Numbered from the stretch's first letter, positions 26,093-35,863 are shown. The stretch: 38,140 nucleotides of DNA from a virus (IMGVR_UViG_3300017761_002003:1-38140), one strand, 5' to 3'. Numbers and translations: made by a program. The notes: generated by a model not told the origin, from the letters alone.

Positions 26093-26908
26093 TTATTCAA
26101 TAATATTAAATCTTTTTTTACAAATTTCGTAGTATTCTTTAACTAACTCACTACCAATATAACTTCTATTAGTATCTATTGATGCTCTAGCTGTTGTTCC
26201 ACTACCAATCATCGGGTCATAAACAATATCACCCTCATTAGTCCAACTTAATATTTGGTCTCTAACTAATTGTGAAGGGAAAATCGCTGGATGTTCATAC
26301 GCAACTTCATCTTCCTGACCATTTTTAGATGTTTTATAAATCCATACATTATATCTTTGACCATACTCTTCAATAACTTTTTTAGTATTTTCTTTCATAG
26401 TCCCATCTTTTTGTCTAACTGTGTTTTTACCCCAAGAACCAACCTGACCACCATAAATGTTTTTTCTATCTTTAATTGGGTTAAACGTTTTTGGTTTACC
26501 TTTTGAAAAAACAAACATATATTCAAAAATCTGATGATATCTGTTTGAAGATGGATTTGAAAAATTATTCTTTTGATATATCATAGTATCGTGAATATTA
26601 AACCCAATCTCTTTAAAGTATAATGCTTGTCTAAATGATGTTCCGGTTTCAGAACCATTATTCGTACCATCCCCAACAACCCAAATAACAACACCACCCG
26701 GTTTGGTTATTCTATATAATTCTTTTGCAATCTCTTCAAATGGAAACGAATACCCATTAAATTCTGTTTTATTACCTTTGATATGGTCCTTATATGTTCT
26801 CAAATCATCGTAAGGTGGTGACGTAACTGTTAAGTCAATAAAATTATCATCCATTTTAAACATTGTAATTAAACAATCTTCATTATATATAGTATTTAAT
26901 TTAATCAT
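26093..26908 (-). CDS. DNA methyltransferase, N4C/N6A beta class
   Basis: TSPPY, HPAIFP, DPMIGSGTT; ATG 26908 overlaps the upstream stop by 8 nt. Confidence 0.95.
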   Translation of the reverse strand: MIKLNTIYNEDCLITMFKMDDNFIDLTVTSPPYDDLRTYKDHIKGNKTEFNGYSFPFEEIAKELYRITKPGGVVIWVVGDGTNNGSETGTSFRQALYFKEIGFNIHDTMIYQKNNFSNPSSNRYHQIFEYMFVFSKGKPKTFNPIKDRKNIYGGQVGSWGKNTVRQKDGTMKENTKKVIEEYGQRYNVWIYKTSKNGQEDEVAYEHPAIFPSQLVRDQILSWTNEGDIVYDPMIGSGTTARASIDTNRSYIGSELVKEYYEICKKRFNIIE

Positions 26909-27377
26909 TATTTTCAATAAATTTATAAAATTTTTTATCTTGGATGGATTTATTTTTACGAATCATTTTTTTACTTACCATATCATAAATATCATCTTTA
27001 GTCACATTTATTAACTTAATTTCCTCAAGATTTCTATAATCAACCGCAACAAACATATCAACAGAATTCATTTTTTCTTTAAACCCTTCTTCCGTAACTT
27101 CTCTACCACTACCAACTTCTTTTGAAGACGCAAAATTTAAACCTGAACTTGGAGTTACGCTTCTAACTTCAATTTTTAAATTATTTTTACCTATTATGTC
27201 ATATGGTGAATTTTCATTACCACTTCGTTTAGTATTTGTTCTGTTAGAGTAAACAAATTCTCCGTATCTACCCATTACTCTACCATCATTAAATAACTCC
27301 TTTGTTTCATCAATACTAAGACCTAAACCTTGGGACGTTGATATATAATCAATTTTATGTGTAATTTCTTCTCTCAT
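26901..27377 (-). CDS. putative PD-(D/E)xK restriction endonuclease
   Basis: GRYGE...SPYDII...KIEVRS; overlaps the MTase start. Confidence 0.55.
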   Translation of the reverse strand: MREEITHKIDYISTSQGLGLSIDETKELFNDGRVMGRYGEFVYSNRTNTKRSGNENSPYDIIGKNNLKIEVRSVTPSSGLNFASSKEVGSGREVTEEGFKEKMNSVDMFVAVDYRNLEEIKLINVTKDDIYDMVSKKMIRKNKSIQDKKFYKFIENND

Positions 27378-27416
27378 TTTTTTTTAATTTTATATTAAAA
27401 ACATAGTCAAAAAAAA

Positions 27417-27440
27417 AATACCTGTCAACTGACAGGTATT
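27417..27440 (-). terminator. intrinsic terminator
   Basis: aatacctgtca-ac-tgacaggtatt with long A-tract on + (U-tract on -). Confidence 0.8.
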
Positions 27441-27444
27441 GATT

Positions 27445-29814
27445 TTATTGGGATACATAACTTATATTGTCATTTTTCTGTATCCGGACTACGTTGTCGG
27501 CCCAATTTGTAACTAGTGGATTATGAGTGATGACAAATATCTTCTCAAAATATTCTTTAATCTTACTAAAGAACTCTGACACCATCTCCAAGTTATCATT
27601 GGAAATCTTACCAAACACCTCATCAAACACCACGACATTCGCTCTTGGTAACGAACAGATTTTACTCAACACCGCTCTCAACGCTAGTGACGCAATTGTT
27701 CTCTCATATCCGGAACCGGATGCCATCGGTTTTTCAACCTGAGTATTGTTATCAATCATTAAGAAATCAACCTCATTCTTGTCGTTAATTCTAACTTCCA
27801 ATCTGAAGTGACAACTATCTTCTAACAATCGTTGAAGTTCACTGTTAATGAGTGGCATCATCGTTTTCATAATAAGTTTGGTGATACCATTCTTACCGAA
27901 GATTTCCAAATAGATTTTATAGATTCTTTCTTTTTCAGCCTCCTCAGCAATCTTTCTGATTGTTTCCAAGTTGGATGTAATCTTATCATTAAGATTGGTT
28001 ATTTTGAATGTGTTATCAGAAACACTTTTCTCAATATTTTTCTTTTCACCATCAAGGTCATCCAATCTCAATTTAGCTTTAATCAATAACCCATCGGTTT
28101 TATTGTTCTCGGTGATTTTATCCTGAACCTCAGAATATCTACTCAACTTGGTTTTTAATGCGTCAATCTTTAATTGGAAACTCTCAATACTTAATTCGTA
28201 TTTCTCCCTAATAAGTTTATTTTTCTCATACTCATCAAACTCTTTTTTAAGATTAACAAAACCTAACTCTTTGCTGGTTAACTCACGCATTAACCCCTCT
28301 AATTGACCTTTGTGCGTGATAAAACCGGCAAGTTCCCCAATTTTTGCATTGGTTATAGCTGCGTTCATAAGTTCAATACCACAGTGTTCACACTTGATTC
28401 CCCCATCTACGGAACTCTTCAACTCCTCAATGTTTTTAATCTTGGCATTGTTCTCCGCTTGTTGGGTCATCAAATCTTTAATCTCTTGTTTAACCTTGTC
28501 GTGTTTGTCCTCGTGGTAAAACTCTGATGGTTCAACAACCTTAACACCATCTCTATCTGAGATAGATTTTGATTTATTCAAACCTAATGTGTTTATTTCC
28601 TCTTGGACTTTATCCGGAGAAACCATCATTAATTCATTATCAATATTGTGTTTTGAATTTAATAACCCATCACGATATTCCTGACCTTTGGTGATTCTAC
28701 CTTTCACCTCTTCCAACTGACCGTTTAGGGTTAAATTGGTTGTAGTCAAATCATCAATACTGTCCTTACTAGTTTGATTATCAGTTTTAAGTTGTTCCGA
28801 ATTATAAATGTTTGACAACATTCCTTTGGAGAAGTTACTATAAATTTCTTTGGCAGCTTCTTCTTTACGTTTAAGAAAATCCAACCCCATAAACCTTGAA
28901 AGAACTTGACCTCTAGCCGTAGGTTTGGCATCAATTAGTTCTTCCAAGTTGGTGGCAGTTGTTAGGATGGTCATTAAGAAGTCCTCTTTGGTTCCAATTG
29001 ACGTTTTGATAAACGCCTCGGTCTCTCTTCGTTGTTCTCCGGTGAAGTTCTGCAAACTACCATCAGACAATCTTTTATAGAAGTCCAACTCGGTCTTAAC
29101 CGTCCATTCGTTTTTCTTTGATAACTTTCTTTCAATATTTCTCAATATGATATACTCCTCACCATCGATTGTAATCTCACCTTTTACGGCAACTTTGTTT
29201 CTCTCTGTAAATCTATTGAATATCTCTTCAGCTTTGGATGTCTTGGTTGTCTCATTAAAGAATAAGAACATAAGTAAATCCACAGTTAATACTGTTTTAC
29301 CCCCAAAATTAGGTGGGTTTGACTCTACAACCGTAATCCCATCACACTTCTCAAAATCTATCTTCTGATTCTCACCATAGGATAGGAAGTTTGAGAACTC
29401 TATATTCTTGATATACCATCTTTTGAATGGAGCAGCATCAGTTTGTTCTATTGACAACTTATTATCAACGGATGAATTAAGTTGACAGATTTCGTCATAA
29501 TGTTCCATATTCCCTTTTGACTCCAAGAATGAACGAACCAACTCCAATTGGTAGTTCTCATCCAAAATGTTAAAGGAGATATCCACCGTGTGAGTTGTTG
29601 TGTCCTCAACCATTTTGGTTTTGGTTATAACATTTACGTTTGTTGTCTCATATTTCTTTTGGAAATAATGACGAACGCTCTTTATTTTTTCTTGTGTAAA
29701 ATTCTCAGCGTAATCCTCCCATACAATCTGTACGTAAGGATTATCTAAGTTTTCAATATTAATATTTTCCATTATTGTATAATTAAATTGTGGTGGGGGA
29801 TTAAATAAATCCAT
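27445..29814 (-). CDS. sbcC: SbcC/Rad50/gp46-like ATPase with N-terminal extension
   Basis: IEFSNFLSYG, Walker A NFGGKT, zinc hook CEHC, signature-like SGSGYE, Walker B VVFDE, H-loop ITHN. Confidence 0.92.
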   Translation of the reverse strand: MDLFNPPPQFNYTIMENINIENLDNPYVQIVWEDYAENFTQEKIKSVRHYFQKKYETTNVNVITKTKMVEDTTTHTVDISFNILDENYQLELVRSFLESKGNMEHYDEICQLNSSVDNKLSIEQTDAAPFKRWYIKNIEFSNFLSYGENQKIDFEKCDGITVVESNPPNFGGKTVLTVDLLMFLFFNETTKTSKAEEIFNRFTERNKVAVKGEITIDGEEYIILRNIERKLSKKNEWTVKTELDFYKRLSDGSLQNFTGEQRRETEAFIKTSIGTKEDFLMTILTTATNLEELIDAKPTARGQVLSRFMGLDFLKRKEEAAKEIYSNFSKGMLSNIYNSEQLKTDNQTSKDSIDDLTTTNLTLNGQLEEVKGRITKGQEYRDGLLNSKHNIDNELMMVSPDKVQEEINTLGLNKSKSISDRDGVKVVEPSEFYHEDKHDKVKQEIKDLMTQQAENNAKIKNIEELKSSVDGGIKCEHCGIELMNAAITNAKIGELAGFITHKGQLEGLMRELTSKELGFVNLKKEFDEYEKNKLIREKYELSIESFQLKIDALKTKLSRYSEVQDKITENNKTDGLLIKAKLRLDDLDGEKKNIEKSVSDNTFKITNLNDKITSNLETIRKIAEEAEKERIYKIYLEIFGKNGITKLIMKTMMPLINSELQRLLEDSCHFRLEVRINDKNEVDFLMIDNNTQVEKPMASGSGYERTIASLALRAVLSKICSLPRANVVVFDEVFGKISNDNLEMVSEFFSKIKEYFEKIFVITHNPLVTNWADNVVRIQKNDNISYVSQ

Positions 29815-29819
29815 TTGTT

Positions 29820-30329
29820 TTAATTCAGTTCTTCTAATTCTTCTTGGATGACTTCACCACCGTCTCTCCTATCTTGAGCTTCCAATACAGTATCTAAATT
29901 CCAACCATCATATGCTGTTAGTTTCTCACAACCTCTATCCATCCAATAGTATTCTGACATCCATTCATCCCATTTAGAATCAACCAATTTAATGAAATTC
30001 TCATCGTTACCTCTATCTCGGTATCGTTTAATAAATTCCTCTTTTCGATTGTCGTCCGGATACACTAAATAAAAGTATAGACAGTTATCTAACAAAGCAT
30101 CTCTCACCTCTTTATGAGAAGAAACAAAGATGTATTTATATTTTCCAATATTCTCTTTGATATGGTTTATGTAATTTTGGGGAAAACTTGGGTTTCTTGT
30201 TTTATTACCGTGTTCATCAATAACCCAACTAAACCCACTTGAATCGGAATCCAAAGTGGTTTCAGGTTTATTTTTATGATATGTTGTTTTTCCTACACCG
30301 GGGAATGCTGATACTATCTTAGTTCTCAT
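29820..30329 (-). CDS. P-loop NTPase/kinase-like protein
   Basis: IVSAFPGVGKTT. Confidence 0.75.
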   Translation of the reverse strand: MRTKIVSAFPGVGKTTYHKNKPETTLDSDSSGFSWVIDEHGNKTRNPSFPQNYINHIKENIGKYKYIFVSSHKEVRDALLDNCLYFYLVYPDDNRKEEFIKRYRDRGNDENFIKLVDSKWDEWMSEYYWMDRGCEKLTAYDGWNLDTVLEAQDRRDGGEVIQEELEELN

Positions 30330-30582
30330 TGATTACTTCAGGAGTTACAACCTCAACATCGGTTACGTTAATTTCATTTACATCACCAATAACCTCAGTA
30401 TTTAGTTCAGTTGTTTCACCATTTTCATTTTGATATTGAGCCTTTAACGTTTCCATTTGTTTCTCAAACATTTCAGTATATTCCGCTTGAGCTTTCTTTC
30501 TTAATCCTTTAAGAGTATTGTTTCTTGTTGCAACTTTTGCTTTGTGTGCCTTTGCACCACCACGTAATTTTGACTTTGGCAT
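30319..30582 (-). CDS. hypothetical protein (basic N-terminus, acidic C-terminus)
   Basis: MPKSKLRGGAKAHKAKV. Confidence 0.75.
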   Translation of the reverse strand: MPKSKLRGGAKAHKAKVATRNNTLKGLRKKAQAEYTEMFEKQMETLKAQYQNENGETTELNTEVIGDVNEINVTDVEVVTPEVINEN

Positions 30583-30594
30583 AATTATATTTAT

Positions 30595-31101
30595 TTAATT
30601 GTTATTTATTTCTTTTTCTATTTCTTCTAAAGTTATTTCCGGTTCATTCTCAACTTGTTCTCTTAATTCTTGTGTTAACATATCCGTAATTCTTTGATAT
30701 GGGTTCTCATTTAAAACCTTCATTTTGGATTCTTCTATTTTTTCATCCGTCGAATCATCCCTATACATTTCTAACCAATCCGGTCTCTCTTGGACTTTAA
30801 TACTATCCACTTTTTCAATCATTTTTTGAACCTCAGTTTTACTACCTAGTAACATTTTAGATAATTTAACTTTTCTTTCAATTGATTTGAATCGCGAGTA
30901 ATAATCCCCACCGGTTTCGTCAAAATTTATATCTATTTCATTTTGGTCTAAATATTCAACAATATCCATAACCTCAACACATTCATCACTGAGACCCATA
31001 TCAATTATTAATTGAAAAAAATCCACACATTTGATTACTTTTCTTGTTTCTGTTTTGTCTTTTAAAAACTTAATTACAAAATCCCCTAATTTATTTTCCA
31101 T
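30595..31101 (-). CDS. hypothetical protein
   Basis: 168-aa ORF. Confidence 0.75.
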   Translation of the reverse strand: MENKLGDFVIKFLKDKTETRKVIKCVDFFQLIIDMGLSDECVEVMDIVEYLDQNEIDINFDETGGDYYSRFKSIERKVKLSKMLLGSKTEVQKMIEKVDSIKVQERPDWLEMYRDDSTDEKIEESKMKVLNENPYQRITDMLTQELREQVENEPEITLEEIEKEINNN

Positions 31102-31104
31102 ACA

Positions 31105-31455
31105 TTAATTTTTTGGTGGTCGGTTTTCTTCAAACCATTCTATAATTGCGTTTATTGCCCATACAGCTCCCGACGATAGAATCCCATCAAAAAACCAACT
31201 AATCCATAATGGTGTTCCGAACAACATAAATGTTGGTGAGAATACTAATAAGGATAAAACCCAACCTCCATGAAAAGAAAAACACATCGGACAGGTTAAA
31301 ATACCTGATATGAAGTTACCCACCGAATTAAAAGGTAGTTGTTTATCATTCCCCCATTTTTGAAAGAAATTTCTAACCCCTTGGAATATTGACCCAAAGA
31401 CCATAATATTCATAAGTCCGTAACTTAAAATGAACCAAGTTAAAATGTTTGTCAT
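31105..31455 (-). CDS. DUF1360-like membrane protein
   Basis: TM helices with LTCPMCFSFHGG. Confidence 0.65.
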   Translation of the reverse strand: MTNILTWFILSYGLMNIMVFGSIFQGVRNFFQKWGNDKQLPFNSVGNFISGILTCPMCFSFHGGWVLSLLVFSPTFMLFGTPLWISWFFDGILSSGAVWAINAIIEWFEENRPPKN

Positions 31456-31958
31456 ATTGTATTGTTTTGTTTATTTATTTTTTCAAGTTCTTCAATCCTT
31501 GTGTTCTTTAAAGATAGTTCTTTTCTAAGTTTCTGTAAAGTTTCTTGGAGAAGTTTTACCTTATCATTTGGTTCAGGTTTGTCACAAATTTTATCTATAT
31601 TTGTGACAGGAACTTCAACTATAACTTTTTTGATGATTGGTTCTTGATTTTCCAACTGTTGTATTTTTAACAACAGTTCATTTATTTTAGTTTCGTCCCT
31701 AATTTTGTCTAAATTTGGGACAGGGACTTCAACTCGTATTTCACGGATTACCTCAATTTCTACCTGTTTTTCACCAACAATATCTGTTTTTCCTGAATCA
31801 TCACCTAATAACCCATATTTGGTAGTATTAAATCCATTAACAAAACATTTTGATATGAACTTATCAACATCCTCAATATTGTTTAACTTACAATATTCTT
31901 GGACTGATTTTAATTGACTAACCGTTAGTTTTATTTGTGACACGTTCTTTGTTTTCAT
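31452..31958 (-). CDS. coiled-coil protein with VEVPV repeats
   Basis: VEIEVIREIRVEVPV and IIKKVIVEVPV. Confidence 0.7.
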   Translation of the reverse strand: MKTKNVSQIKLTVSQLKSVQEYCKLNNIEDVDKFISKCFVNGFNTTKYGLLGDDSGKTDIVGEKQVEIEVIREIRVEVPVPNLDKIRDETKINELLLKIQQLENQEPIIKKVIVEVPVTNIDKICDKPEPNDKVKLLQETLQKLRKELSLKNTRIEELEKINKQNNTI

Positions 31959-32175
31959 TATACGTTATCCATTGGTCAACTTTGGAACAATCGTGACTAT
32001 CAACACCACATTTCTTTAACTTCTTTTTAAGTTTTTTTAATTGTTTAATAGTTAATTTATCCACCCAAACCGTAATATGTCCGTGTTGTGGTTTTCCCAA
32101 TAATCTATCTCTTTTAATCTGATTCTCCATTTCATCCCACTCTTCGTTGGTGTATTTGTCTCTAAGATTTCCCAT
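31918..32175 (-). CDS. hypothetical protein
   Basis: 85-aa ORF. Confidence 0.65.
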   Translation of the reverse strand: MGNLRDKYTNEEWDEMENQIKRDRLLGKPQHGHITVWVDKLTIKQLKKLKKKLKKCGVDSHDCSKVDQWITYNENKERVTNKTNG

Positions 32176-32177
32176 AT

Positions 32178-32378
32178 TTATTCTTTTTTATCTGTTAATA
32201 TATAACAACACCCATTTTCAGCAAAAACAAATGTATGTATCTTCATTGTTTTGTCATCAACTTCCACCATAATCACACCAACACTATCACCAACTTTCAA
32301 TTCTTTTGTCCCAAAGTTGTAATATATGTTTTTTAATTTCGGTAATTCTTCTTCTGTTACAATTTTAATGTTGTTCAT
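32178..32378 (-). CDS. hypothetical protein
   Basis: 66-aa ORF. Confidence 0.65.
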   Translation of the reverse strand: MNNIKIVTEEELPKLKNIYYNFGTKELKVGDSVGVIMVEVDDKTMKIHTFVFAENGCCYILTDKKE

Positions 32379-33055
32379 TATATTATTTTATTTGATTTTT
32401 TTAAATTATCCCCTTCCCACAATGGTTGGAGATTTGTGTAATGACAGAGTTTATAAATTTCCTCTTCTGTTTTAGCAGAAGATAAGGGAATTATATGGTC
32501 TACGTGCCACCCATTTCTACCATAATTTTCCCAAGACATTCCATCAACAAATTTTTCTTCTAAAAATCCCCTTAAATCTTCCGGTTTACACCCAACAATA
32601 TCAAAAGTTTTATTTTTTTTAGTAATATTATTTGATTTCAAAAACCCATAAAACCTTGCTCTTATAGAACAAATAACTGAAAATAATTTATCAGTTTTTT
32701 TTCTATTTTTAAATCTTGATAAAGATTTTTTTGATAGAACTTCTTTATTGTCATAATAATATTTTTTTATTTTTTCTTGATTATTATCTCTATAGTTCTT
32801 TCCTCTTATTTTTTGGGATTCTTTATTATTATCCCTATATTTTTTTTTAGTTTCTTTATGTTTTACAATATTCCTATAATAAGTGCCACGATTCCATTCA
32901 TTAACTTTTTCATTATTATTCTGTCTATAATTATTAATTTTTAATCTAGTACATTCTTTACATTCATTTCGTAATCCATCTTTAGAATAACCTCTTTTGT
33001 GAAATTCAAAAACATTTTTTTCAATATTACAAATTCTACAAATTTTTGTTTCCAT
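32378..33055 (-). CDS. HNH endonuclease with N-terminal zinc finger (cassette 1)
   Basis: CRIC...CKEC, basic helical linker, GMSWENYG..WHVDHIIP...HYTNLQPLWEGDNLKK. Confidence 0.9.
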   Translation of the reverse strand: METKICRICNIEKNVFEFHKRGYSKDGLRNECKECTRLKINNYRQNNNEKVNEWNRGTYYRNIVKHKETKKKYRDNNKESQKIRGKNYRDNNQEKIKKYYYDNKEVLSKKSLSRFKNRKKTDKLFSVICSIRARFYGFLKSNNITKKNKTFDIVGCKPEDLRGFLEEKFVDGMSWENYGRNGWHVDHIIPLSSAKTEEEIYKLCHYTNLQPLWEGDNLKKSNKII

Positions 33056-33197
33056 TTTCTTTATAATCTTCTAATAATTTATTAACGAGTGAAGACAAGT
33101 TAATATGAAGACCCCTGTAATATTCTAACAATTCAGGTTTAAGAGCAATAGATATACTCTGTTTTTTTTCTTCATTATTTTTTTTGTTTCTTCCCAT
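33036..33197 (-). CDS. ribbon-helix-helix protein, 53 aa (cassette 1; not in ORF track)
   Basis: MGRNKKNNEEKKQSISIALKPELLEYYRGLHINLSSLVNKLLEDYKENGNKNL; 20-nt overlap with the HNH start. Confidence 0.85.
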   Translation of the reverse strand: MGRNKKNNEEKKQSISIALKPELLEYYRGLHINLSSLVNKLLEDYKENGNKNL

Positions 33198-33201
33198 ATT
33201 A

Positions 33202-33243
33202 TATAAATATCTTGTTTTTTTATAAAGTTGTTATTTTTAACAA
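33202..33243 (-). promoter_or_regulatory. TATTTATA promoter plus palindromic operator TTGTTA-N4-TAACAA
   Basis: tataaata 33202-33209; inverted repeat 33228-33243. Confidence 0.65.
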
Positions 33244-33249
33244 TTTTTT

Positions 33250-34032
33250 TTAATAATTTACTAATTTCTCTGTTCCGTTAATAATATCATCAAATGATTT
33301 CATTTTAAATGATAAGAATGGTTTTGAATTGTGTAAATCAACAAATGAATATTCATCCGTTTCCAAATTGTAAATTCCAAACCCGTGATTTCTAACACTT
33401 TCCCCATAATTTTGAGCGATTAAACTTCCTATCATCACTCCTTTTTTTCCATTTGGGATATTAAAAACAGAACGTTTGTGTACATCTCCACATAGAACAA
33501 TGTCTAAACCATTAAATTTCTCAACATCATAGGCGTGAGAACCAAAGTCAAAACCTAAATCCGTCGTTAATCCGGCAACAGGGTCGTGAAACAACCCAAT
33601 CTTAAACCCTTTAGCTGTTTCAATATCAGGTGGAATATTTCCTTGGAACTGTGAATAAACACACCAAGAGACATTCTCATCTTCGTAAATACCTCTATTC
33701 TTATAATAAACAATATTTGGATTATTCAAATTATCAACAATAGGTGTTATACTATCTAACCTTTCATCATTCTTCAAATTTGCGTCGTGATTACCAGGAA
33801 TTAAAACTATTTTAGCAATTTTAGAACATTCAGTTAATACCCAAGAAGACATTTCTATTACTTCTGGTGTTAGTTGGTTCTTACTATGTAATAAATCACC
33901 CGAAAATGTGATTCTATCCGGTTTAATTTCTCTGAATTTACTTAACATATCATTCAAGATTAACCTATATAAGTCGTGGTCTTTGAATAACTTCAAATGT
34001 AAATCAGAAAAATGTACTAGTTTCTTAATCAT
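33250..34032 (-). CDS. sbcD: SbcD/Mre11/gp47-like metallophosphoesterase nuclease
   Basis: HFSDLH, SGDLLH, PGNHD, FHD, GDVH. Confidence 0.9.
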   Translation of the reverse strand: MIKKLVHFSDLHLKLFKDHDLYRLILNDMLSKFREIKPDRITFSGDLLHSKNQLTPEVIEMSSWVLTECSKIAKIVLIPGNHDANLKNDERLDSITPIVDNLNNPNIVYYKNRGIYEDENVSWCVYSQFQGNIPPDIETAKGFKIGLFHDPVAGLTTDLGFDFGSHAYDVEKFNGLDIVLCGDVHKRSVFNIPNGKKGVMIGSLIAQNYGESVRNHGFGIYNLETDEYSFVDLHNSKPFLSFKMKSFDDIINGTEKLVNY

Positions 34033-34043
34033 ATTATTTTTTA

Positions 34044-34265
34044 TTAGTGGGTTCCATTTGTTAATGAAATCCCGTGTTTAATTCCTGAGATGAAATCACG
34101 AGTTTCATCTTCAGTCATATTCTTATATTTCTCCCCAACTATAATTCCAATCTCATTACCACAGTCACTTAAATCACCGGTATAGGTCATCATTATAGAA
34201 TTTACTCTTAATGAGTTGGCAATCCAATTTAAATCATTTGTATCAAAAGTTCTACTTTCTTCCAT
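34044..34265 (-). CDS. hypothetical protein
   Basis: 73-aa ORF. Confidence 0.7.
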   Translation of the reverse strand: MEESRTFDTNDLNWIANSLRVNSIMMTYTGDLSDCGNEIGIIVGEKYKNMTEDETRDFISGIKHGISLTNGTH

Positions 34266-34446
34266 TTTCTATTTTCCAATTTAATAATATCCAACCTAAA
34301 ATTAATGTAGGTATTCCAACCCACCATATCCATTCTCTATGATATGTCATACCACCAACTTTACCAAACATATAAGATATAGTCGGTATTAACCACATTG
34401 ATGATGTACAAATCACACACCCGTTTTCTCTTTTAACAATTTTCAT
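34252..34446 (-). CDS. small membrane protein
   Basis: Hydrophobic segments; operon packing. Confidence 0.6.
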   Translation of the reverse strand: MKIVKRENGCVICTSSMWLIPTISYMFGKVGGMTYHREWIWWVGIPTLILGWILLNWKIENGRK

Positions 34447-34661
34447 TACTTATCAAATAATTTAAATTCATCATTTACGTGACCACAGTCATCACATCGG
34501 TATGTTGGGAATGGCACAATCGTGTCTTCCGGGCTTCCTGTCAACAGTTTGTTAACTTTCTTAATTAACACAATCTCTTTGAAGTAGATACTTCCACATT
34601 CCTCACATTTAAGTGTTGGTTGTGTCCTTAAATCAATCTTTGGTTGTAATAAATCGTCCAT
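34446..34661 (-). CDS. zinc-ribbon protein
   Basis: CEECG...CDDCG. Confidence 0.8.
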   Translation of the reverse strand: MDDLLQPKIDLRTQPTLKCEECGSIYFKEIVLIKKVNKLLTGSPEDTIVPFPTYRCDDCGHVNDEFKLFDK

Positions 34662-34707
34662 ATGTTTTTCTTTTAAATTTAATTAAAAATTATTTCTTTG
34701 TCAAATA

Positions 34708-34734
34708 AAAACCCCCAATTAGAATGGGGGTTTT
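34708..34734 (-). terminator. intrinsic terminator
   Basis: aaaaccccca-attagaa-tgggggtttt. Confidence 0.75.
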
Positions 34735-34736
34735 GA

Positions 34737-35597
34737 TTACTTTTTCAAATATTTTTTCATATCCATATCTAATATGGTTTGTTGAACTTCCTTGGGAACC
34801 CGGAACTCCTCAAAGGTTCCATCATCTTTAACCAAAACAATAATACACCCAAACACTTTAATGTTTTCATATTTAGACCCTTTCAACATCTTCAGCAATA
34901 ATTTACAATAAAATGGTAATTGGGTAGAATAATGTCCGAGAGCAGTATCATCCAATTTTTCAAAAGGTGATAACATTTTTTTGGTAAAATAACCTGCTTC
35001 AAAGTTTTTTGGCTTATTAGTTTTGTAATCCGTGCAGATTACGCCAATTTCGGACTTATCCTTATTTTCAATTAACCACATCTTATCCGGAGCTCCGGTG
35101 TAACCATATTCATCATCACCAAGAATCAACTCTGTGTCTAATAAGATGGCTCCACGTTCTTTCATAGTATTTAAAAAGTTGGTTCCGGCTGAGACCATAG
35201 AATCACTACGTAATATCTGTTCAAAATTACATTCAAATTCCGGTTGTCTAACTTCTTTATCCAACTCAAATATCTCTAATGATTTTTTCTCCAATAAAAA
35301 GTGAGTTCTACTTCCCACATTTATTGAGTAGTCAGCAGCTGCTTTCCATTCATCTAATAGTTGTTGTTGAACTTCAGTGTCTCCGTTTGCCTTTTTTAAA
35401 GATATTCCTTCTGAATCAAATTCTGTGTAAAATAACTTCATTACCTTACTTACCGATGGCCAATCACTTTTTAACTCACCTTGAGTATTTTTCATTGTAT
35501 AAGTATGTGTGTCCTCCACAAATGTAAGTTCAAGGTCTTGTCGTCTCTTATCTAAAATATCTAATATTTCAGTTGCAACATTCTTTAATTTATTCAT
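34737..35597 (-). CDS. PD-(D/E)xK exonuclease (RecB/Cas4-like family)
   Basis: HTY, PSVS, GSRTH, TE, GAPDK, DYKTN, HYSTQLPFY. Confidence 0.85.
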   Translation of the reverse strand: MNKLKNVATEILDILDKRRQDLELTFVEDTHTYTMKNTQGELKSDWPSVSKVMKLFYTEFDSEGISLKKANGDTEVQQQLLDEWKAAADYSINVGSRTHFLLEKKSLEIFELDKEVRQPEFECNFEQILRSDSMVSAGTNFLNTMKERGAILLDTELILGDDEYGYTGAPDKMWLIENKDKSEIGVICTDYKTNKPKNFEAGYFTKKMLSPFEKLDDTALGHYSTQLPFYCKLLLKMLKGSKYENIKVFGCIIVLVKDDGTFEEFRVPKEVQQTILDMDMKKYLKK

Positions 35598-35862
35598 TTA
35601 ACGTTTGTTTGTTTTTTAAAATAATTTTCTTACCCACATAAATTGTTCCCACAAAACCTAATAAATATATGTAGGTATCAATTGGAGCCGATGGACCATC
35701 ATCACCGTCGTCATCATCGTCGTCATTATCGTCATTATTTCCATTACCATTACCAAAACCCCAACCATTACCATTGTTATTTGAATTAGCACTACCATTC
35801 CCATTTTGGGAATATGATAATATGCTCAATAATAGTAGAGCTCCTAATAATATTTTTTTCAT
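35590..35862 (-). CDS. secreted Asn/Gly/Asp low-complexity protein with PID-CTERM-like sorting signal
   Basis: Signal peptide MKKILLGALLLLSILSYS/Q; APID + TM + KKIILKNK; start ATG 35862. Confidence 0.75.
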   Translation of the reverse strand: MKKILLGALLLLSILSYSQNGNGSANSNNNGNGWGFGNGNGNNDDNDDDDDDGDDGPSAPIDTYIYLLGFVGTIYVGKKIILKNKQTLNE

Positions 35863-35863
35863 C

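Noticed and set aside
34737-35597. Cas4 as evidence for a CRISPR-Cas system
   Set aside because: No four-Cys Fe-S pattern and no array; ordinary phage PD-(D/E)xK exonuclease
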